Source of the DNA: Thermovirga sp.
GTDB lineage: Bacteria; Synergistota; Synergistia; Synergistales; Thermovirgaceae
NCBI GenBank assembly: GCA_012523215.1
Contig: JAAYIZ010000170.1
Span: 165-64,164, forward strand
Length of the DNA: 64,000 bases
Direction of reading: 5' to 3'
Positions 28,236 through 37,377 of the stretch are shown piece after piece (position 1 is the first letter of the stretch; each line of letters begins with the position of its first letter). A program made the position numbers and the translations under genes. The notes under the pieces are model-generated. The model was not told the origin of the DNA and did not search any database. It saw only the letters and a program-made list of their open reading frames with translations.

Positions 28236-30139
28236 CCTTCGAGGAGAACCTGGATCTTCTGAGCGCATGGTCCATGATCGAAAGGAGAGTGCTCCCTCTC
28301 GGCGAACTCGAGGAGGTGGACCTCCTGCTTTTTGAGGGGCACCCGCCAAGGATCCTGGGCAAGGATGTCCTTTCCAAGAGAAATCTTCCCCAATATCCGG
28401 CCTCCGCCGTTGACGGGTTTGCCCTGAAGGCTTCTGACACAGCCAACGCTTCCACCCGGACACCGGCCAGGATCCAGGAGGGCCACTACGGTTGGGTGAA
28501 CACCGGCGGGGGAGTGGATCGCTCCTTCGATTCGGTCGTGATGGTCGAGGACACCTCCCTGGAAGGAAGCACCCTTCTTGTGGCGAAAATGACGACGAAG
28601 GGCGAAAATGTGAGACCCGAGGGCGAGGACGTGACAAGGGGTCAGGTTATAGCCAGAAGAGGGGATTCGCTTGACGCCTTCCTGATACCGCTGCTGATCG
28701 CCTCGGGCCACTCCAGGGTCAGCGTTTCAAGGTTGCCGCGGACCATCTTCATACCCACTGGGGATGAGATCATCCCCGCCGGCGAGTGGGTCAGCGGAGA
28801 CGTCAGGGAGTGGGCCAGGGTTCCGGAGACCAACTCCTACATGTTGAGAAAGCTCTTCTACGACTGGGGGTTTCCCCTGGACGTCCACGAACTGGTCCAC
28901 GACGATATAAGGCTCATCAGTAAAGCCGTCCTAGAATCTTTGGAGGCCTACGACCTCGTCGTCATCGGCGCCGGAACAGCGAAGGGCAAGAGAGACCACA
29001 GTGCGGAAGTGATCGGGAAGCTTTCGGACCCTCTTTTCAGGGGCGTCAGGATGAAACCCGGAAGGCCAGTCATAGCAGGAGTTTCGGGTAACAAACCGTT
29101 GGTAGCACTTCCAGGGTTTCCCATGTCCGCCCTTGTGACCTGCTGGAGCATTATCAACCCCCTTTTGCGGAGGCTTTACGGCGAAACCTCCGCTCCTTCC
29201 CCCGAAGAGGCCGTTAGGGCCTCCGAGACCCTCAAAACGAAGTTCCTCCTGCACCATTCTTCGCCGCAGGGGGTTTTGGAATGGCTTAGAGTCAAATGCG
29301 GGGAGATCGACGGCACCGTTTATTCATGGCCCCTCCCTGCCGGTGCCAGTTCGACTTTTTCCATCTCTGACTCGGATGGATTCGCTCTCCTTGGGTCTTC
29401 CGTCCTCGAGGTTCCAAAGGGGAGCGATATTGAGATCCTGATCAGGAAAAAGGTGGATTTCAAAAAGAGGGTCGTCTACCAAGGCTCCAACGACCCGGCC
29501 ATTGAGAGGATAGTCTCCTATGTAAGAGAAAGAGGTGGCGACCTGGCGATCCGTTCCGTCGGAAGCCTTGGCGGCCTGACGGCGTTGGCCCGAGGAGAGG
29601 GCCATATCGCATCTTGCCACCTCCTTGACCCTGAGAAGGGGGTATACAACGATAGTTTTATCGAAAGGTTGGATGAAACCCGGAGTTGGCGGAGGATCAA
29701 ACTGTTCGGGAGGCAACAGGGATTCCTGGTCAGAAAAGGAAACCCCGAAGGGATCCGTTCCGTTAAAGACCTTGTCGTTACCGGTGCCTTTTTCGTCAAC
29801 AGGCAACCCGGAGCGGGCACCAGGATTCTTTTTGACCACCTCCTGAGGGAAGCCGGGGCCGATCCGGAATCAATCAATGGCTATGACAACATCGCGATTA
29901 CCCATTTCGAAGCGGCCGCCAGGATATCGGGAGGTTCAGCCGACGCCACCTTGGGCGTCAAGGCGGCGGCGGAGGCTTTCGAGACCGATTTCATACCCGT
30001 AATGGAAGAAGATTTCGAACTCGTCATTCCCGAACGCTTCATCGATCATCCGGGAATCCGGATTCTCATGGAGACTCTTTCCGACGAGAAGTGGAGACGT
30101 GAAGTTGACTCCCTGGGGGGGTACCGATGGATATTTTGA
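28223..30139 (+). CDS. MoeA-like molybdopterin biosynthesis protein fused to a C-terminal periplasmic-binding-protein-like (PBP-like) domain
   Basis: The N-terminal ~400 aa repeat the MoeA layout (VDGFALKA, PTGDEIIP, GAGTAKGKRD). The C-terminal ~230 aa (VVYQGSNDPAIE...NRQPGAGTR...) resemble the PBP-like domain found in ModE/MoeA fusions. The start could be GTG 28223 or GTG 28232 (GTGA overlap). Confidence 0.85.
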   Translation: MALVTFEENLDLLSAWSMIERRVLPLGELEEVDLLLFEGHPPRILGKDVLSKRNLPQYPASAVDGFALKASDTANASTRTPARIQEGHYGWVNTGGGVDRSFDSVVMVEDTSLEGSTLLVAKMTTKGENVRPEGEDVTRGQVIARRGDSLDAFLIPLLIASGHSRVSVSRLPRTIFIPTGDEIIPAGEWVSGDVREWARVPETNSYMLRKLFYDWGFPLDVHELVHDDIRLISKAVLESLEAYDLVVIGAGTAKGKRDHSAEVIGKLSDPLFRGVRMKPGRPVIAGVSGNKPLVALPGFPMSALVTCWSIINPLLRRLYGETSAPSPEEAVRASETLKTKFLLHHSSPQGVLEWLRVKCGEIDGTVYSWPLPAGASSTFSISDSDGFALLGSSVLEVPKGSDIEILIRKKVDFKKRVVYQGSNDPAIERIVSYVRERGGDLAIRSVGSLGGLTALARGEGHIASCHLLDPEKGVYNDSFIERLDETRSWRRIKLFGRQQGFLVRKGNPEGIRSVKDLVVTGAFFVNRQPGAGTRILFDHLLREAGADPESINGYDNIAITHFEAAARISGGSADATLGVKAAAEAFETDFIPVMEEDFELVIPERFIDHPGIRILMETLSDEKWRREVDSLGGYRWIF

Positions 30140-31104
30140 AAGATCGCTTCGAAAGGCGACTCAACTATGTCAGGATCTCGATCACTGACAGGTGCAATTA
30201 CCGATGCGTCTACTGCATGCCGGAAGAAGGTCTCGAATGGATCCCCCATGACAGGATAATGACCTACGAGGAAATAATTTTCCTGGCACAGATCCTGGGA
30301 GGGTTGGGAGTCGAAAAGATACGTTTTACCGGTGGGGAGCCCCTGGTGAGGAAGGGGTTTTTCCCCTTTCTTGACGCCTTCAGCGCTTCGGTCCCTGGGA
30401 TCCGTACCGTCCTGACCACCAATGGCAGCCTGATCCCCCAGTTCATCGATGAGATAGGCCGGTCAGGACTTTCCGGTGTGAATGTCAGCCTTGACACCCT
30501 GGATGAGGATCTTTTTCGCTTCATAACGAGGAATGGTAGGCTCCGGGACGCCATCGAAGGCATCAGGCTCCTGGCGGAGCGAACGACGATACCCATCAAG
30601 ATAAACACCGTCCTCATGAAGGGGGTCAACGATGGCGAGGTCGAGGCCCTGCTTGACTTTGCCAGGTCTCATCGGGCCACGCTGCGCCTTATCGAATTCA
30701 TGCCCCTCGATGATTCCATATGGAAAAAGGGCCTGTTCATCCCGGCTTCCGAAATTATTCAAAGGTTGCCCGATCCGGAAATGTGGGAAAGGCTGGATAA
30801 CTCCTCCGACCACAGTGCTGGACCCGCGCGTTATTTCAGACACTTGACCACCGGCCAGAGGGTCGGCCTGATTGAGGCGGTCTCCCATCACTTCTGCCAC
30901 AAATGCAATAGGCTCCGCGTTTCCGCCACCGGGATCATGAGGCCCTGTCTTTTCTCCGAAGATGGGATCTTCCTGAGGCCCGCGCTTATTTCCGGCGACG
31001 CCGCCGAGGTGGAAGCCTTGGTCCTCCGGGCAGTGAACATAAAACCCGGATCCTACGACCAGGCCCGAACGGGATCGATGCACATGTCGCGGATAGGGGG
31101 ATGA
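30127..31104 (+). CDS. moaA: GTP 3',8-cyclase MoaA (radical SAM)
   Basis: LNYVRISITDRCNYRCVYCMP cluster motif, a C-terminal second-cluster Cys motif (HFCHKCNRLRVSATG) and a terminal GG. Confidence 0.95.
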   Translation: MDILKDRFERRLNYVRISITDRCNYRCVYCMPEEGLEWIPHDRIMTYEEIIFLAQILGGLGVEKIRFTGGEPLVRKGFFPFLDAFSASVPGIRTVLTTNGSLIPQFIDEIGRSGLSGVNVSLDTLDEDLFRFITRNGRLRDAIEGIRLLAERTTIPIKINTVLMKGVNDGEVEALLDFARSHRATLRLIEFMPLDDSIWKKGLFIPASEIIQRLPDPEMWERLDNSSDHSAGPARYFRHLTTGQRVGLIEAVSHHFCHKCNRLRVSATGIMRPCLFSEDGIFLRPALISGDAAEVEALVLRAVNIKPGSYDQARTGSMHMSRIGG

Positions 31105-31107
31105 AGC

Positions 31108-31593
31108 ATGGACGGATTATCTCATCTTGACCACTCCGGAAGACCTGTTATGGTCGACGTGGGCGAGAAAAAACCCACTAAGAGGGAAGCCTTGGCCGAG
31201 GGGTTCGTTAGATTTCCCGAAAAGGTCTTCCATTCCCTGATGGAGGGCAGGAGCACCAAGGGAGATGTCTTGAGAGTCGCCGAAGTTGCGGGGATAATGG
31301 GAGCCAAACAGACCTCGGTCCTGGTGCCGTTATGTCACCCCCTGAGGCTGAATCATGTTTCGGTCTCCTGCGACCTGGAACCTAAGGGAAGGGTGGCCAG
31401 GATAACCTGCACCGTCAGGGCGACGGATGTAACGGGGGTCGAAATGGAAGCGCTGACGGGGGTATCAGTGGCGGCGCTGACCCTTTATGATATGTGCAAG
31501 GCGATTGACAAGGGGATTATCATTGAACGGATTCGGCTTCTTGGGAAGAGCGGGGGCAAATCCGGCGAATACCGGGGGGAAGACGGGGCGTGA
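31108..31593 (+). CDS. moaC: Cyclic pyranopterin monophosphate synthase MoaC
   Basis: 161 aa. MVDVGEK, LVPLCHPL and EALTGVSVAALTLYDMCKA motifs. Confidence 0.95.
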   Translation: MDGLSHLDHSGRPVMVDVGEKKPTKREALAEGFVRFPEKVFHSLMEGRSTKGDVLRVAEVAGIMGAKQTSVLVPLCHPLRLNHVSVSCDLEPKGRVARITCTVRATDVTGVEMEALTGVSVAALTLYDMCKAIDKGIIIERIRLLGKSGGKSGEYRGEDGA

Positions 31594-32402
31594 AAAACAG
31601 GGTTCTTGGTTTTTCCGGCCGATTCAGTGATCGCCCAATGGTGTACCTCCATAGCGACGACTTGGGGAACCCCCTTGTCGATGGCTTGGCCCTTGAGTTG
31701 GTCCTTGAAGAAGCGGGAAAGGGCTCGTTTTCCGAAGGGGTCTTCGGGATCAGGGTCCGCGAGGTGCCCCTGGTCGGGCCGGGTGATTTCCTTCATTTTT
31801 CCGATGGGGTGATCCTTAGGCGCCAAGAGAGGCCCGATCAAAAGAGATCCTTCCTCGTGGTCGACAAGGGATTCCTGTTGGTTTCGTCTTCTTTTGACCT
31901 GTGGCCGTCCCTCACGGTGGGAGTCCTGACCGTGAGCGACAAGGGAAGTCGGGGCGAAAGGATAGATACCGCCGGGCCCGCCCTGGAGAGGTCGTTGCCC
32001 ATCCTAGGGGGTATCCTGTCTAAGTCAGGGATCGTCCCCGACGAAACCGTCAAGATCAGCGACAAGATCCGGGAATGGATGGCAGCCGGGGTTGACATCG
32101 TCCTGGTCACTGGAGGAACGGGCATTTCCGCCAGGGATGTCACTCCTGAAGCGGTAAAGTCCTTGGGATGCAGGGAGATTCCCGGCATCGGCGAGTACAT
32201 GAGATGGAAGACGTCCTTTGAAAACGTGAGGTCCATCCTCTCCAGGTCCCTCGCCGTGGCTTGTTCCGGTACAATTGTGATCACGCTGCCGGGAAGCGAA
32301 AGGGGAGCGGTGCAATGCTTCAGTGCTATTGCCCCGGTTCTCCGCCATGCCGTGGAAGTAGTGACGGGGAGGAGTGGGGATTGCGCCGTGCCTCATCAAT
32401 GA
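31590..32402 (+). CDS. MoaB/MogA-family molybdenum cofactor protein with an unrecognised ~107-aa N-terminal extension
   Basis: The C-terminal ~160 aa carry the MoaB/Mog fold motifs VLTVSDKGSRGERID, LVTGGTGISARDVTPEA and LPGSERG. I could not assign the N-terminal 107 aa. GTGA overlap with moaC. Confidence 0.8.
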   Translation: MKNRVLGFSGRFSDRPMVYLHSDDLGNPLVDGLALELVLEEAGKGSFSEGVFGIRVREVPLVGPGDFLHFSDGVILRRQERPDQKRSFLVVDKGFLLVSSSFDLWPSLTVGVLTVSDKGSRGERIDTAGPALERSLPILGGILSKSGIVPDETVKISDKIREWMAAGVDIVLVTGGTGISARDVTPEAVKSLGCREIPGIGEYMRWKTSFENVRSILSRSLAVACSGTIVITLPGSERGAVQCFSAIAPVLRHAVEVVTGRSGDCAVPHQ

Positions 32403-32424
32403 TTATTGAAAGAAGGATCTCGCT

Positions 32425-33309
32425 TTGAAAGAATCCCTTCCAAACAGGGTCTCCAGATGTGTGATAATCACGGGCATGTCAGGAAGCGGAAAATCCACTG
32501 CGCTTCGTATGTTCGAAGACCTTGGCTTTTATGCTATTGAAAACATCCCACCGACATTGCTCCCCCAACTATTGCAGGTACTGGGAAGGCACGAGGAAGC
32601 GGTACAGAATGGTGTTGCGGCCGTTGTCGATATCAGGGGGGAAAGCCTCCTCGACGATCTTTTCGCCATCATAGGCAACCTCAGGAGGAGAGAACTCAAT
32701 ATCAAGGTCATCTTTCTCGATGCCTCCGATGTCTGCCTCGTCAAGCGCTTCGAGGAGACCAGGAGAAGACACCCCCTCTCCTCGGAGATAACCATCCTCG
32801 AGGCCATCCACAGGGAACGGAGAGAACTATCCCAGATCCACGAGATTGCCGACCTAGTCGTAGAAACGTCGGATTTGACCCTGTCTCAACTTAGGAATGA
32901 GATCTTCGGAAAGATGGACATAACTGAAGGACCCCTCAAGGTCATCTTTACCTCCTTTGGGTTCAAACACGGCATCCCTCAGGATAGCGACTTTGTCATA
33001 GATGTCCGTTTCCTCCCGAACCCCTTTTACGAATCGCGCCTGAGGCCCTTGAGCGGAAGAGACAGGGAAGTCCAGGATTTCATCCTCTCCCATGAGGGAG
33101 TATCCAGTTTTTTTGGCGCCCTTTCGGAACTGATGGAGCAGGTCATGGGGCTATACAGGAACACGGGAAAAAACATCGTCCATATCGCTGTAGGCTGCAC
33201 GGGAGGCAGACACAGGTCTGTCGCCGTCGTGGAATGGCTCGGGTCAAAGATGCCTGAAAATTCGTCGATCAGGCACAGGGATATTGAAAAGGATACGGTG
33301 GTAACGTGA
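32425..33309 (+). CDS. rapZ: RNase adapter / nucleotide-binding protein RapZ (YvcJ)
   Basis: P-loop ITGMSGSGKSTA, DVRFLPNP and the C-terminal GCTGGRHRSV motif. TTG start. Confidence 0.92.
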   Translation: MKESLPNRVSRCVIITGMSGSGKSTALRMFEDLGFYAIENIPPTLLPQLLQVLGRHEEAVQNGVAAVVDIRGESLLDDLFAIIGNLRRRELNIKVIFLDASDVCLVKRFEETRRRHPLSSEITILEAIHRERRELSQIHEIADLVVETSDLTLSQLRNEIFGKMDITEGPLKVIFTSFGFKHGIPQDSDFVIDVRFLPNPFYESRLRPLSGRDREVQDFILSHEGVSSFFGALSELMEQVMGLYRNTGKNIVHIAVGCTGGRHRSVAVVEWLGSKMPENSSIRHRDIEKDTVVT

Positions 33310-34445
33310 ACTGGTGGTCGGCCTTCACCATCGGTCTTCTCACGGGGGGAATCATAGCCCTTCTCGGGGCGAGACTCTTCCAGGAAGAGGTGGAAGAGGG
33401 AACCGGTGGATCGCAGGACAAAAGGGACGGAACCATTATGACCAAGGCCTTCCTGCACAAGATCACGCAGGGTCCCGATATTGTCGCTATCGGTGGAGGG
33501 ACAGGCCTTTCCACATTGCTTTCGGGGTTAAAATACTACACGCGAAATATAACTGCCATAGTGACAGTTACCGACGAGGGCGGAAGTTCTGGCCGCCTGC
33601 GAGGAGAATGGGGCGTTCTTCCTCCCGGGGATATCAGGAACTGCATGTTAGCTCTTGCCGAGGACGATAGCTCTCTGAACAGGATCCTGAACTTCAGGTT
33701 TGACCGCGGGGAGCTCAAGGGCCACAGCCTGGGCAATCTTATTCTCCTGGCTGCCACGGAGATGACCGGTGACTTCAGGAAGGCCGTCGAGGAACTCAAC
33801 AAATTGCTGGCCATACGGGGGAAGGTAATTCCTGTTACGAATGAGTCGGTGGTTCTTTGCGCAGCCACGGCTGATGGTGATTCCCTTCGGGGTGAGCTGG
33901 ACATCGCCAGGAGGGGTTGCCGGATCGAATCGATTTGGATCGAGCCCGCCGATGCCAGGGCTTTTCCCGAAGCCGTTGCGGCCATCGAGAACGCCGAGGC
34001 GGTTGTGCTGGGACCGGGAAGCCTGTTCACCAGCATCATCCCCAACCTCATGTTCAGGGAGATTTCAGAGGCCCTCAAGAGGACGGCCGCGCCCAAGATA
34101 TACATCACGAACCTTATGACTCAGCCCGGCGAAACCGACGGCATGTCCATAATGGATCATATCCGGTGGATAACAAGAGCCTCCGGAACGATCCCCGACT
34201 ATATCCTCGCCAACGAGGAAGAAGTGCCTCCCTCGCTTCTAAAGTCGTACTTGGCGGCCGGGGCTGCGCCCCTTTTCCTGAACGAGGAGAACGAGAGGTC
34301 CCTTGCCTTGATGGGGTCAAAAATCATCCAATCGGGTTTCCTCGATGTCACCGGAGGGAACGTCAGGCACAACAGCCAGAAAGTATCCGAGGCACTGATG
34401 CGAATCACCAGGGAAGAAAGGGATTCATCCCCATGGAAAAGTTGA
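33306..34445 (+). CDS. yvcK: YvcK/CofD-family gluconeogenesis factor, possibly with an N-terminal membrane anchor
   Basis: VAIGGGTGLSTLLSGLK and VTVTDEGGSSGRLR motifs. The GTG 33306 start (GTGA overlap with rapZ) adds a hydrophobic segment WWSAFTIGLLTGGIIALLGARLF. ATG 33438 is the alternative start. Confidence 0.85.
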   Translation: MNWWSAFTIGLLTGGIIALLGARLFQEEVEEGTGGSQDKRDGTIMTKAFLHKITQGPDIVAIGGGTGLSTLLSGLKYYTRNITAIVTVTDEGGSSGRLRGEWGVLPPGDIRNCMLALAEDDSSLNRILNFRFDRGELKGHSLGNLILLAATEMTGDFRKAVEELNKLLAIRGKVIPVTNESVVLCAATADGDSLRGELDIARRGCRIESIWIEPADARAFPEAVAAIENAEAVVLGPGSLFTSIIPNLMFREISEALKRTAAPKIYITNLMTQPGETDGMSIMDHIRWITRASGTIPDYILANEEEVPPSLLKSYLAAGAAPLFLNEENERSLALMGSKIIQSGFLDVTGGNVRHNSQKVSEALMRITREERDSSPWKS

Positions 34446-35317
34446 GAGAAGTGACCCGTGACGACTGGTCAACCATTCTCGTTGATGACGGGGTCAAGGC
34501 CGCGGTGGAGATAGGCGGGATTCTATCCGGTCTTATAGCGAGCAGCGACAAAGAGGGAACGGTCTTTTCAAGCGGAAGGTTTTTCGTATTCAGGAAGCTG
34601 AAAAGACTTTGGGAGATCTCGGATTGGGCCCGATCCGGCCAAGCCCTGAACCTCATGATCCCGGCAGGAAGGAGGGGCAAGGTTTCATTGAGGCTCGACC
34701 ATGAGACCCTTCTCAAGGGAATTTCCTATTACGGCGATTCCAAGAGGTTCGAAACCCTTTCCTGGCATTGGTTGAGGGGCCTCTTTGGGTCCTGCGGCTC
34801 CCTGTTCCTGCCCAGGACGGGTTATTATATGGCTTTCAGGGTGAACGAAGCTTCCCTATGGAACCCTTCGGAAAAACTGGAAAGAGTTCTTTCCTTGAAC
34901 AGGATCCCCTTCAGTAGAAGAAAAAGGCGTAATTTTTTTGAGACGATACTACGCGACCAATCCTCTATAGTTGGAATGCTTTCAAATATGCAGATGTTCA
35001 GGACTTCCCTCCTGCTCGAGGAGAAGGCGCTGCTCAGGTCCATCAAGGAAAGGGCCAACAAGGTCGTGAACTGTGATGCCTCTAACATCAGAAAATCCCT
35101 GGAATCCGCCCATCGACAGCTCGAACTGGCGGAAAGGCTCCTGGCCAGCGGCGAGGTCCAGGGGTTGCCGGAGAACTTGCGGGAACTTGTATACATCAGG
35201 AAAGAAAATCCATCGGCCACACTCAAAGAGCTTGGGCAGGCCTTTTCAAAGCCCGTGAGTAAAAGCACGGTCAAGTACCGCTGGAAAAGAATTGAATTTC
35301 TGACGAGGATGTCTTAA
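34433..35317 (+). CDS. whiA: DNA-binding protein WhiA
   Basis: Degenerate LAGLIDADG-like core (LRGLFGSCGSL) plus a C-terminal HTH (ATLKELGQAFSKPVSKSTVKYRWKRI). Conserved rapZ-yvcK-whiA order. The track start 33917 lies inside yvcK. Confidence 0.86.
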   Translation: MEKLREVTRDDWSTILVDDGVKAAVEIGGILSGLIASSDKEGTVFSSGRFFVFRKLKRLWEISDWARSGQALNLMIPAGRRGKVSLRLDHETLLKGISYYGDSKRFETLSWHWLRGLFGSCGSLFLPRTGYYMAFRVNEASLWNPSEKLERVLSLNRIPFSRRKRRNFFETILRDQSSIVGMLSNMQMFRTSLLLEEKALLRSIKERANKVVNCDASNIRKSLESAHRQLELAERLLASGEVQGLPENLRELVYIRKENPSATLKELGQAFSKPVSKSTVKYRWKRIEFLTRMS

Positions 35318-35343
35318 AAAATAAAAAGGGGGGGTTGAGGGCC

Positions 35344-37296
35344 ATGTACCTGGGAAAGGCTGATGTGAACACCTACGAGAAAGGCTCCAGCCGGGAGTTC
35401 TTGACGACAAACGGCTGGGGCGGTTTCGGATTTTCGACCGTGATCGGAGCGAACACCCGGCGCGAACACGGCTTGCTGGTGATTAAAAAGGGTGGAGAAG
35501 AGGCGTTCCCCGATGTTCTTATCAGCAAGGTGGATGAGACCGTTATCAGCAGGGGAAAGAAATACCATCTTTCCACCAATCGTTATACCGATGTAATTTA
35601 CCCCGACGGCTATCGTTACCTGCAGGAATATCAAGCCGAACCTCTTCCTGGAATGCTTTTCGTGATCCATAGCGTTTTCCTGAGGAAGACAGTCTTCATG
35701 CCCAGGAGCCTCCCCCTGACGGTAATAAAATACGAACTGCTCACTTCCCCGGAAAGCATTAAACTGGAAATACGGCCCCTTGCCGCACACAGGGGTGCTG
35801 ATCGGTTGTGCCCTGAAAAGGATGGATCACTCTTCGAGTCGTTTTTTACGGAAAGCTCCGTGACGATCCAAGGCAGGGGACTGAAGAGTCACTTTTCCTT
35901 CAACCAGGGGGATTGGAACTCCAAGCCACTGTGGTTTGAAAACCTTATCTATGAACATGATGACTGTGAAAAACCGGGAACGGACAGCCTGTGGTCTCCC
36001 GGATTTTTGTCAATCGACCTGTCCGAGGGGGAAAGGGCCTACGTCCTCCTGGGATCGGAGAACGTGCACTATGACCATGAATCGGTGGCGGCCATGGAAA
36101 AGGAGACCAGGCACTTTTTCTTGGAAAATCTAGCCGAGAGCCCCTTGATAAGGAAGACGCCCATGGTAAAAGATCTCCTTCATTCCGCCTCCCATTGCCT
36201 TTCCCAGGTGGATGGGGAGCGCCCCGCTGTATTCTCCGGTTATCCTTCCGTGAGAGAAAGCGCGAGAGAAACCTTTATATCTCTCCCCGGCCTTTTGCTG
36301 GTGACTGGGAAGGCCGACTTTGCCGAGAGGGTTCTGAAGGTATGGCTGGATCGGGCTATTGCGAATGATTATATTATGCCCTCTGAAGTGAATCCCCATA
36401 CGGGATCACTGGTGACCAGGGCCTGTGATGCGGGTTTGTGGTTCTTTTACGCCCTGGACAAGCTCTGTGACCTGACTGGCAAGACGGACCTCGTCAGGGA
36501 AAACTGGCCCCACCTCGTGGGGCTCCTTGACAGTTATGTCAAGGGAATTCCCTCGATCGGCATCAAGCTGGACAAGGACGGGCTGCTCGATCTCCAATCG
36601 GAGGATCCGGGGAGCAACTGGATGGACGGAGAGATCGACGGCAAGCCTATCGTCCAAAGAAAGGGCAAACTGGTCGAGGTCAACGCTCTTTGGTATAACT
36701 CGCTGAAGACGATGGAGCAGTACTCGAAGATCCTCGGTCGGGACAGGGAATGCGCAGAATATGGCTCCCTGGCCGAAAAATCCCGAAGAAATTACCAGAA
36801 TACTTTCTGGTGCGACAAGGGATTTCTTTACGACTGGGTGGATGGAAAGTCCAGGGAGGAATCGATCCGGTGCAACCAGATCCTGGCTGTATCGCTCCCA
36901 GTCTCCGTGATGGACCCCGAAAGAGGCAGAGCGATCGTTGAAACATGCTGGAACGAACTTTATACCACCTTTGGGCTCAGGACCCTCGACCCCCATCATG
37001 ATAAGTACAAGGGCCGCTGCGAGGGGCGGATAGACCAGAGAGAAAAAGCCCGGTTCATGGGTATGGCCTGGCCTTGGCTTTTGGGACAGTTTATAACGTC
37101 TTACCTGAGATACAACCCCGAAAGGAAGGATATCGGATGGTGCTTCCTCCGGCCCTTCCTCTCGCACCTGAGAAAGGGATGCCTGGGAGGAGTGGCGGAG
37201 ATCTTTGACGGCAGTATGCCCTACAAACCCCACGGCGATGCCCTTTATTCGCCGAGTGTCTCGGAACTGCTGAGAGTCATTGGGGAGGATATGTGA
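35344..37296 (+). CDS. Glycogen debranching enzyme-type protein (amylo-alpha-1,6-glucosidase family)
   Basis: N-terminal REFLTTNGWGGFGFSTVIGANTRREHGLLV is typical of the bacterial/archaeal GDE N-domain. A large C-terminal alpha/alpha-barrel-like region follows. A G-rich SD precedes ATG 35344. Confidence 0.83.
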   Translation: MYLGKADVNTYEKGSSREFLTTNGWGGFGFSTVIGANTRREHGLLVIKKGGEEAFPDVLISKVDETVISRGKKYHLSTNRYTDVIYPDGYRYLQEYQAEPLPGMLFVIHSVFLRKTVFMPRSLPLTVIKYELLTSPESIKLEIRPLAAHRGADRLCPEKDGSLFESFFTESSVTIQGRGLKSHFSFNQGDWNSKPLWFENLIYEHDDCEKPGTDSLWSPGFLSIDLSEGERAYVLLGSENVHYDHESVAAMEKETRHFFLENLAESPLIRKTPMVKDLLHSASHCLSQVDGERPAVFSGYPSVRESARETFISLPGLLLVTGKADFAERVLKVWLDRAIANDYIMPSEVNPHTGSLVTRACDAGLWFFYALDKLCDLTGKTDLVRENWPHLVGLLDSYVKGIPSIGIKLDKDGLLDLQSEDPGSNWMDGEIDGKPIVQRKGKLVEVNALWYNSLKTMEQYSKILGRDRECAEYGSLAEKSRRNYQNTFWCDKGFLYDWVDGKSREESIRCNQILAVSLPVSVMDPERGRAIVETCWNELYTTFGLRTLDPHHDKYKGRCEGRIDQREKARFMGMAWPWLLGQFITSYLRYNPERKDIGWCFLRPFLSHLRKGCLGGVAEIFDGSMPYKPHGDALYSPSVSELLRVIGEDM

Positions 37297-37377
37297 CGGT
37301 TTTTCCCTTTCCTTCCTGTAACAACGCTTTTTCGTGGATGCGGCAAATATCCAAAAATAAAACGGGAGGCGGTCCAA

